Source: a virus
Lineage: Duplodnaviria > Heunggongvirae > Uroviricota > Caudoviricetes
IMG/VR virus record: IMGVR_UViG_2534681626_000009
Location: 1-5,298 of that record
Direction: 5' to 3' (one strand)
DNA length: 5,298 nt
The notes under the pieces: generated by a model
What the model was told of the DNA's origin: nothing
The model's database searches: none
The model's input: the letters and a program-made list of their open reading frames with translations, nothing else
Shown here: piece by piece, positions 1-5,298 of the stretch
How positions within the stretch are numbered: position 1 is the stretch's first letter
Layout: every line of letters begins with the position of its first letter
Translations under genes and position numbers: made by a program

Positions 1-717
1 ACTATCACTGAAATTAATACGCCAACCCGTGGCTGGGTTTCGGTAACTAATCCTGCTGCGGCTACTGTTGGCTCTCCGGCAGAAACTGATGCTGAGTTAC
101 GTATCCGCCAGTCGCAAAGTGTTGCGTTGCCATCAATAACCCCATTTGAAGCACTGGATGGTGCTGTTTCTAATGTTACCGGTGTAACCCGCCACAAACT
201 CTATGAAAACGATACTGGTTCGGAGGACGGTAACGGGTTACCGCCACACTCTGTTGCTGTAATTGTGGATGGCGGTGATGTGACGGATATTGCTCAGGCT
301 ATTAGAGGGAATAAAGGCCAGGGGACAGCCACTCACGGTAGAACATCCGTTACGGTTCCGGATAAATACGGCAATCCCCATGTAATCAAATTCTCGCGTT
401 CCAGTGATGTACCTGTTTATGCCCGGATTAAATTAAAAGTTTTTACGGGTTATACCTCACAGATAGGGCAGCAGATCCAGCAGGCTATTTCCGACTATAT
501 CAATAGTCTGATGATTGGTGATTCGGTCCTTTTAAGTCGCATTTACTCACCGGCGAATCTTGGCGTGGTGAGTGGCGGGAATGCACGCTATTACGATATT
601 CAGGAACTGACGATTGGGAAATCCCCGGGGGCTTTGTCGTCATCAAACATTGATATCAGATACAACGAATCTGCGTCCTGTACACCGGAAAATATCGTTA
701 TAACGGTGGAGTCATGA
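1..717 (+). CDS. Baseplate J-like protein (P2 gpJ / Mu gp47 family), C-terminal portion; 5' end lies outside the window
   Basis: The reading frame is open from base 1 with no stop until TGA at 715-717; the ORF track starts at a TTG at 127 only because the window truncates the gene. Family assignment is from gene order (immediately upstream of a tail protein I gene and a tail-fibre gene) and general resemblance, not a search. The stop overlaps the next start as ATGA at 714-717. Confidence 0.7.
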   Translation, partial: TITEINTPTRGWVSVTNPAAATVGSPAETDAELRIRQSQSVALPSITPFEALDGAVSNVTGVTRHKLYENDTGSEDGNGLPPHSVAVIVDGGDVTDIAQAIRGNKGQGTATHGRTSVTVPDKYGNPHVIKFSRSSDVPVYARIKLKVFTGYTSQIGQQIQQAISDYINSLMIGDSVLLSRIYSPANLGVVSGGNARYYDIQELTIGKSPGALSSSNIDIRYNESASCTPENIVITVES

Positions 718-1394
718 GCAAATACACCGAACTGATCACGAACTACCACGCCACCAAACCTAAATTTCTTGCACATGTTGATCTGATGACCCGGCCGCTT
801 ATTGATGTTGCGGCTGCCACCAGAGGGCTGATTACTGCATTTGATATTGACTCTGCGGTTGGTGTGCAACTTGACATTCTTGGATTGTGGATCGGACGTA
901 GCCGTGTTGTCAGCCAGCCTATCTCAGGTGTCTATTTCAGCTGGGATACCGACGGGCTTGGATATGATCATGGTGTATGGCAGGGGCCATACGATCCTGA
1001 TTCCGGATACATGTACCTCAGCGATGAAACTTATCGTGTCATCCTTAAAGCGAAGATTGCGATTAATAACTGGGACGGACGGAATGATTCGCTTCCAGCA
1101 ATTCTTGACGCGGCGACAGCAGGATCCGGACTGCGAATGCAGATAGTCGATAACCAGGACATGACGATATCGGTCTGGCTCTTTCCTGATACTGATATTT
1201 CAGATGTATCGCGTGAGTTAATTGCTGCAATTAAACAGGGATATCTCACAGTAAAAGCCGCCGGGGTTTGGGCGGGTGGCATTGAAACACCTTCGGTGGA
1301 AACTCCATCGGAAGGTTCAAAATTTTTTGGTTTTGATATGGATAACGAATTCATCAGTGGTTTTGATGTAGGGGCATGGGGAGTATTACTCTGA
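714..1394 (+). CDS. Phage tail protein I (P2 gpI / Mu gp48-like baseplate-tail-fibre connector)
   Basis: 226-aa ORF sitting between the J-like gene and the tail-fibre gene, the conserved J-I-H order of P2/Mu-type baseplate modules. Start ATG overlaps the upstream stop (ATGA); stop TGA at 1392-1394 overlaps the next start (TGATG). Confidence 0.75.
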   Translation: MSKYTELITNYHATKPKFLAHVDLMTRPLIDVAAATRGLITAFDIDSAVGVQLDILGLWIGRSRVVSQPISGVYFSWDTDGLGYDHGVWQGPYDPDSGYMYLSDETYRVILKAKIAINNWDGRNDSLPAILDAATAGSGLRMQIVDNQDMTISVWLFPDTDISDVSRELIAAIKQGYLTVKAAGVWAGGIETPSVETPSEGSKFFGFDMDNEFISGFDVGAWGVLL

Positions 1395-2026
1395 TGGCGA
1401 AAAATGACTTTAAAGCGTTTGCAACTGATCGGAATGCCAATGTTATGTCGCAGGAGGAATGGGAAGCGTTGCCTGCGCTTTTATCCGGATTTACAGCAGG
1501 GAAAGCATCCAGTGCGCAAGTCAATAAGGTTATTCGGCAGGCCAGCTTTATTGCTGCAGCTCTGGCCCAGTTTGTAAGTGACAAAACGCAACGGGATGTG
1601 CTTGATAATGGTGATCTGCCCGGTTTTGTTGAATTGCTGGGATCGGGGTTTGCTGTTGAATACCTGAGCCGCAAGAATCCGTTTGGTGATATCAAATCGG
1701 ATGGCGCGGTGAAAACGGCTCTCGAAAACCTTGGTTTGGGAGAAGGTGCTAACTGGGTTATGTTACCTGGAGGAATGATAATTCAGCGTGTTTATCTTGG
1801 ATTTCCTGTCGGCACCAATGTAAGACACATAACTTTCCCCCGGTCGTTTACAACAACGAACTATTCAATCTCAATTAACTGGAATGATATCGGTACTGCA
1901 ACAACTGAAACACAATCTCCAGCAAATGTGGCGGTTGTTCATCAAACAAAATCATTAACAGGGGCCAGCATCTGGCAGGCAGGTCCCGGGGGATTTAATG
2001 TGGACATTATAGCGGTGGGGGATTGA
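1394..2026 (+). CDS. stfP: Tail fibre protein: constant N-terminal region (to about 1747) fused to variable C-terminal receptor-binding module A
   Basis: I placed the start at ATG 1394 rather than the track's 1376 because of the TGATG overlap with the upstream stop and a GGGGAG about 12 nt upstream. The N-terminal portion (118 aa from this start, 124 aa from the track start) is identical to the N-terminus of the reverse-strand ORF 3030..3905, and the two diverge exactly at the crossover site. The symbol is tentative, based on order and size matching e14 stfP as I recall it (about 209 aa). Confidence 0.75.
   Translation: MAKNDFKAFATDRNANVMSQEEWEALPALLSGFTAGKASSAQVNKVIRQASFIAAALAQFVSDKTQRDVLDNGDLPGFVELLGSGFAVEYLSRKNPFGDIKSDGAVKTALENLGLGEGANWVMLPGGMIIQRVYLGFPVGTNVRHITFPRSFTTTNYSISINWNDIGTATTETQSPANVAVVHQTKSLTGASIWQAGPGGFNVDIIAVGD
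1719..1744. other. Site-specific recombination crossover site, hix/gix/cix/pix-like (left site)
   Basis: The sequence CTCTCGAAAACC-TT-GGTTTGGGAGAA has imperfect dyad symmetry (9 of 12 positions per half) around a central TT at 1731-1732. It carries the GAAAACC..GGTTT core that I recall from Hin/Gin/Cin/Pin sites (hixL from memory: TTCTTGAAAACCAAGGTTTTTGATAA). It sits exactly where the two tail-fibre variants diverge. Confidence 0.7.
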
Positions 2027-2027
2027 T

Positions 2028-2456
2028 ATGTACGTATGGAGCGCTAAAGCAAATGGCTTTTTCCCCATAGCGGAGAAAGAAAAATTTGAGGCATCAGGTA
2101 TGTGGCCTGATGATGGTGTAATAGTCAGTGAAGAAGAACATAAAAAGTTATTTATGGATATTCCACCAGGAAAACAGATTGGAACACAGAATGGAAAACC
2201 AGCACTGATAGATATTCCTCAGCCGACCAAAAAGGAATTAATCGCTATTGCTGAAGTTAAAAAATCCCAATTACGGGAAAAAGCTGACAGTGAAATATCC
2301 TGGCGTCAGGATGCTGTTGATGCTGATATCGCAACTGATGAAGAAACTTCAACTCTCACCGAATGGAAGAAATACCGTGTGCTGCTGATGCGTGTTGATA
2401 CTTCAACAGCACCCGATATTGAATGGCCTACGCCTCCGGCAGTTCAGGCCAGATGA
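2028..2456 (+). CDS. tfaP: Tail fibre assembly protein (Tfa / Mu U-like chaperone) for module A
   Basis: 142-aa ORF starting 1 nt after the tail-fibre stop (TGA-T-ATG) with GGGG about 8 nt upstream. The C-terminal motif [11 protein letters not shown] is shared with the convergent partner ORF. Position directly after a tail-fibre variable region is typical of Tfa genes. Symbol tentative. Confidence 0.75.
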   Translation: MYVWSAKANGFFPIAEKEKFEASGMWPDDGVIVSEEEHKKLFMDIPPGKQIGTQNGKPALIDIPQPTKKELIAIAEVKKSQLREKADSEISWRQDAVDADIATDEETSTLTEWKKYRVLLMRVDTSTAPDIEWPTPPAVQAR

Positions 2457-3033
2457 CATCCGGCGCGGTGCTGGTATCTGTTACCGTCACCGCGTCAATG
2501 TAATCCAGCACGGCGTTAAGTCGGGTTGTTTCTGCCTGCGTCAGCTTCCGCCCGGCCTGTAATTTCAGTTGAATCAGACTGATGGAAGCCATTGCAGTAT
2601 CCATCAGCGACTGGCGCTGTGCTTCTGCTGCATCTACTGCGGCGCTATGCTGTGCCTCGGTATCCGTCACCCATTTCTCACCATTCCATTTATCGTATGG
2701 CGTTAACGGGGCGATAGTGGTTGTATTATCAGGGTAATCCCCCGGAGCTGTGATTTCTTTTGATTCTCCCGTTTCGGTGTTATAGACAACTTCACCGCGA
2801 TGATCTGGCACATATTCCCATGAGTTAAAATCTGCCGAACGGCAGATTGCATAACCAGCCTTATGTGTGCCAGGAGCATCTAAACAGGAATATGCGGGGA
2901 TACCGACACCCACAGCAAGATATTCAATTGATGCAGAAATATACTCCCGTGTCTCACTGTCATAGTTATAAACGGTAATCTCTCCTGCCTTTGTGGCAAT
3001 AAATTTATTATTTAAGATGGCGTTATACATCAT
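2428..3033 (-). CDS. tfaE: Tail fibre assembly protein (Tfa / Mu U'-like chaperone) for module B
   Basis: 201-aa ORF on the minus strand whose start overlaps the stop of the upstream minus-strand tail-fibre ORF (ATGA at 3030-3033). C-terminal motif [11 protein letters not shown]. It is convergent with the plus-strand Tfa gene and overlaps it by 29 bp (2428..2456). Symbol tentative, from the size match to e14 tfaE (about 200 aa). Confidence 0.75.
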   Translation of the reverse strand: MMYNAILNNKFIATKAGEITVYNYDSETREYISASIEYLAVGVGIPAYSCLDAPGTHKAGYAICRSADFNSWEYVPDHRGEVVYNTETGESKEITAPGDYPDNTTTIAPLTPYDKWNGEKWVTDTEAQHSAAVDAAEAQRQSLMDTAMASISLIQLKLQAGRKLTQAETTRLNAVLDYIDAVTVTDTSTAPDVIWPELPEA

Positions 3034-3905
3034 GCAGCCCTCACAATGTAATTAAATGAAATATTACGTGGGCGTGTCTCTGCTGCACCGACAATACTGG
3101 TACTCAACCCCGTTGCCGTTCGTTTGTTATTTTTATTTCCTTCAATCAAACAGTTGTAATCATCATTACCAATTAACGAATTGGTGGCATCAATACTGTC
3201 CGGGGACAAGGCATTAGTTGTGGAACTTAAAGTCAGCATCTCGTCTGAACTTGGAAGATTTTTTAATGGTGTTTCATTGCGTGAAATACCCGCGTAAAAA
3301 AAGGACTCATGCCTGTGAGCTTCAAAAGAGTCATCCTGAAGACTTAGCAAGGCTCGCCCCGCATCCACTCCACGTCCATCATCCCAGCCACGAATAAATT
3401 CACCGCGTAAATCAGGCAATTTATTGGTCGGGTAAGCCTTTGCCAGTTCCGGGTATTCTTCAGCAGAAAAAGCCGCACCATTGCATTTCAGCCAGCCTGT
3501 TGGCGGAGTGGCTGAAGGCCACGGAACAGGGACACCAACAGGTAATGCAGAGCCTTCTCCCAAACCAAGGTTTTCGAGAGCCGTTTTCACCGCGCCATCC
3601 GATTTGATATCACCAAACGGATTCTTGCGGCTCAGGTATTCAACAGCAAACCCCGATCCCAGCAATTCAACAAAACCGGGCAGATCACCATTATCAAGCA
3701 CATCCCGTTGCGTTTTGTCACTTACAAACTGGGCCAGAGCTGCAGCAATAAAGCTGGCCTGCCGAATAACCTTATTGACTTGCGCACTGGATGCTTTCCC
3801 TGCTGTAAATCCGGATAAAAGCGCAGGCAACGCTTCCCATTCCTCCTGCGACATAACATTGGCATTCCGATCAGTTGCAAACGCTTTAAAGTCATTTTTC
3901 GCCAT
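3030..3905 (-). CDS. stfE: Tail fibre protein: same constant N-terminal region fused to alternative variable C-terminal module B (carries the conserved tail-fibre tip motif)
   Basis: Minus-strand ORF whose N-terminal portion is identical to that of 1394..2026, followed by a different 173-aa C-terminus containing [10 protein letters not shown]...YPELAKAYP...[17 protein letters not shown], which I recognise as the conserved motif of T-even gp37 / lambda Stf / Mu S / P2 H fibre tips. Start chosen at the mirror of 1394. Symbol tentative. Confidence 0.7.
   Translation of the reverse strand: MAKNDFKAFATDRNANVMSQEEWEALPALLSGFTAGKASSAQVNKVIRQASFIAAALAQFVSDKTQRDVLDNGDLPGFVELLGSGFAVEYLSRKNPFGDIKSDGAVKTALENLGLGEGSALPVGVPVPWPSATPPTGWLKCNGAAFSAEEYPELAKAYPTNKLPDLRGEFIRGWDDGRGVDAGRALLSLQDDSFEAHRHESFFYAGISRNETPLKNLPSSDEMLTLSSTTNALSPDSIDATNSLIGNDDYNCLIEGNKNNKRTATGLSTSIVGAAETRPRNISFNYIVRAA
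3555..3580. other. Site-specific recombination crossover site, hix/gix/cix/pix-like (right site, inverted orientation)
   Basis: TTCTCCCAAACC-AA-GGTTTTCGAGAG is the exact reverse complement of the left site. The inverted orientation is what invertase-mediated inversion, rather than deletion, requires. Confidence 0.7.
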
Positions 3906-4585
3906 CAGAGTAATACTCCCCATGCCCCTACATCAAAACCACTGATGAATTCGTTATCCATATCAAAACCAAAAAATTTTGAACCTTCCGATGGAGTTTC
4001 CACCGAAGGTGTTTCAATGCCACCCGCCCAAACCCCGGCGGCTTTTACTGTGAGATATCCCTGTTTAATTGCAGCAATTAACTCACGCGATACATCTGAA
4101 ATATCAGTATCAGGAAAGAGCCAGACCGATATCGTCATGTCCTGGTTATCGACTATCTGCATTCGCAGTCCGGATCCTGCTGTCGCCGCGTCAAGAATTG
4201 CTGGAAGCGAATCATTCCGTCCGTCCCAGTTATTAATCGCAATCTTCGCTTTAAGGATGACACGATAAGTTTCATCGCTGAGGTACATGTATCCGGAATC
4301 AGGATCGTATGGCCCCTGCCATACACCATGATCATATCCAAGCCCGTCGGTATCCCAGCTGAAATAGACACCTGAGATAGGCTGGCTGACAACACGGCTA
4401 CGTCCGATCCACAATCCAAGAATGTCAAGTTGCACACCAACCGCAGAGTCAATATCAAATGCAGTAATCAGCCCTCTGGTGGCAGCCGCAACATCAATAA
4501 GCGGCCGGGTCATCAGATCAACATGTGCAAGAAATTTAGGTTTGGTGGCGTGGTAGTTCGTGATCAGTTCGGTGTATTTGCTCAT
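3905..4585 (-). CDS. Phage tail protein I, mirrored second copy (identical to 714..1394)
   Basis: Translation is identical to the plus-strand copy and it lies in the right inverted-repeat arm. Whether this is a real second copy or an assembly fold-back is uncertain. Confidence 0.55.
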   Translation of the reverse strand: MSKYTELITNYHATKPKFLAHVDLMTRPLIDVAAATRGLITAFDIDSAVGVQLDILGLWIGRSRVVSQPISGVYFSWDTDGLGYDHGVWQGPYDPDSGYMYLSDETYRVILKAKIAINNWDGRNDSLPAILDAATAGSGLRMQIVDNQDMTISVWLFPDTDISDVSRELIAAIKQGYLTVKAAGVWAGGIETPSVETPSEGSKFFGFDMDNEFISGFDVGAWGVLL

Positions 4586-5298
4586 GACTCCACCGTTATA
4601 ACGATATTTTCCGGTGTACAGGACGCAGATTCGTTGTATCTGATATCAATGTTTGATGACGACAAAGCCCCCGGGGATTTCCCAATCGTCAGTTCCTGAA
4701 TATCGTAATAGCGTGCATTCCCGCCACTCACCACGCCAAGATTCGCCGGTGAGTAAATGCGACTTAAAAGGACCGAATCACCAATCATCAGACTATTGAT
4801 ATAGTCGGAAATAGCCTGCTGGATCTGCTGCCCTATCTGTGAGGTATAACCCGTAAAAACTTTTAATTTAATCCGGGCATAAACAGGTACATCACTGGAA
4901 CGCGAGAATTTGATTACATGGGGATTGCCGTATTTATCCGGAACCGTAACGGATGTTCTACCGTGAGTGGCTGTCCCCTGGCCTTTATTCCCTCTAATAG
5001 CCTGAGCAATATCCGTCACATCACCGCCATCCACAATTACAGCAACAGAGTGTGGCGGTAACCCGTTACCGTCCTCCGAACCAGTATCGTTTTCATAGAG
5101 TTTGTGGCGGGTTACACCGGTAACATTAGAAACAGCACCATCCAGTGCTTCAAATGGGGTTATTGATGGCAACGCAACACTTTGCGACTGGCGGATACGT
5201 AACTCAGCATCAGTTTCTGCCGGAGAGCCAACAGTAGCCGCAGCAGGATTAGTTACCGAAACCCAGCCACGGGTTGGCGTATTAATTTCAGTGATAGT
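4582..5298 (-). CDS. Baseplate J-like protein, mirrored second copy (identical to 1..717); 5' end outside the window
   Basis: Reverse complement of 1..717, with the frame open to the window edge. Same uncertainty as the other mirrored copy. Confidence 0.55.
   Translation of the reverse strand, partial: TITEINTPTRGWVSVTNPAAATVGSPAETDAELRIRQSQSVALPSITPFEALDGAVSNVTGVTRHKLYENDTGSEDGNGLPPHSVAVIVDGGDVTDIAQAIRGNKGQGTATHGRTSVTVPDKYGNPHVIKFSRSSDVPVYARIKLKVFTGYTSQIGQQIQQAISDYINSLMIGDSVLLSRIYSPANLGVVSGGNARYYDIQELTIGKSPGALSSSNIDIRYNESASCTPENIVITVES

Larger units (their letters stand above)
1..1746. repeat. Left arm of a 1746-bp perfect inverted repeat (partner 3553..5298)
   Basis: The six-frame track gives identical proteins on opposite strands at mirrored coordinates (127..717 and 4582..5172; 714..1394 and 3905..4585; first 124 aa of 1376..2026 and of 3030..3923). 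I spot-checked bases 1..150 against the reverse complement of the window end, and 714..720 against 4579..4585. Identity breaks at 1747 versus 3552. Confidence 0.85.
1732..3567. other. Invertible DNA segment (Mu G / P1 C / e14 P-type) carrying two alternative tail-fibre C-terminal modules with their Tfa chaperones
   Basis: Bounded by the two inverted crossover sites. Content is variable module A plus Tfa on the plus strand and variable module B plus Tfa on the minus strand, convergent, which is the canonical Sv-U / U'-S'v layout. Confidence 0.65.
3553..5298. repeat. Right arm of the 1746-bp perfect inverted repeat (partner 1..1746)
   Basis: As for the left arm; position p pairs with position 5299-p. 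Confidence 0.85.

Noticed and set aside
127-129. TTG at 127 as the start of the first gene
   Set aside because: The frame is open back to base 1, so the gene is more likely truncated by the window edge than initiated at an internal TTG.
1376-1378. ATG at 1376 as the tail-fibre start
   Set aside because: It would overlap the upstream gene by 19 bp with no properly spaced ribosome-binding site. ATG 1394 gives a TGATG coupling junction and a plausible Shine-Dalgarno about 12 nt upstream. The choice is not certain.
600-1695. Track ORFs 600..869 (-), 841..1146 (+), 1031..1354 (-) and 1354..1695 (-)
   Set aside because: They lie entirely inside, antisense to or out of frame with, the J-like, I and tail-fibre genes, which are well supported and translationally coupled. 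Their translations are low-complexity and S/R/P-rich, typical of shadow ORFs.
2195-2201. GAAAACC at 2195-2201 as a possible third crossover half-site (Min/shufflon-like multi-site system)
   Set aside because: There is no GGTTT partner half at the correct spacing. I found no other AAACC-NN-GGTTT cores between the two sites, so a single invertible segment is the supported model.
2424-2451. Short dyad TGGCCT...AGGCCA between the convergent Tfa genes as a terminator or recombination site
   Set aside because: The stem is only 6 bp with a poorly paired 16-nt interior and no downstream T-tract. It is explained by both strands encoding a W-P dipeptide in the conserved Tfa C-terminal motif.
3481-4699. 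Track ORFs 3481..3945 (+), 3945..4268 (+), 4153..4458 (-) and 4430..4699 (+)
   Set aside because: These are the mirror images of the shadow ORFs in the left arm and are rejected for the same reason.
1-5298. CRISPR arrays, tandem repeats, rRNA/tRNA genes, insertion sequences
   Set aside because: No short direct repeats with regular spacing, no tRNA-like or rRNA-like segments and no transposase-like ORFs were seen. The only large repeat is the inverted duplication already described.

Overview
This window is a phage tail/baseplate module of P2/Mu/e14 type: baseplate J-like protein (5' partial), tail protein I, a tail-fibre gene and a tail-fibre assembly chaperone, all co-directional and translationally coupled. 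Its centre is a serine-invertase-type invertible host-range cassette. Two 26-bp hix/gix/pix-like crossover sites in inverted orientation (1719..1744 and 3555..3580) bracket about 1.8 kb carrying two alternative tail-fibre C-terminal modules, each followed by its own chaperone gene, arranged convergently. The striking feature is that the whole window is palindromic: bases 1..1746 are the reverse complement of 3553..5298, so the J, I and tail-fibre constant-region genes appear twice, mirrored, and no invertase gene is present. I read this as most likely a fold-back assembly path through an invertible segment sampled in both orientations, though a genuine large inverted duplication cannot be excluded from sequence alone. 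No rRNA, tRNA, CRISPR or insertion sequence signatures were seen. Gene order and protein sizes match my recollection of the E. coli e14 P-region (stfP-tfaP-tfaE-stfE-pinE), but I could not run a search, so the symbols given are tentative.
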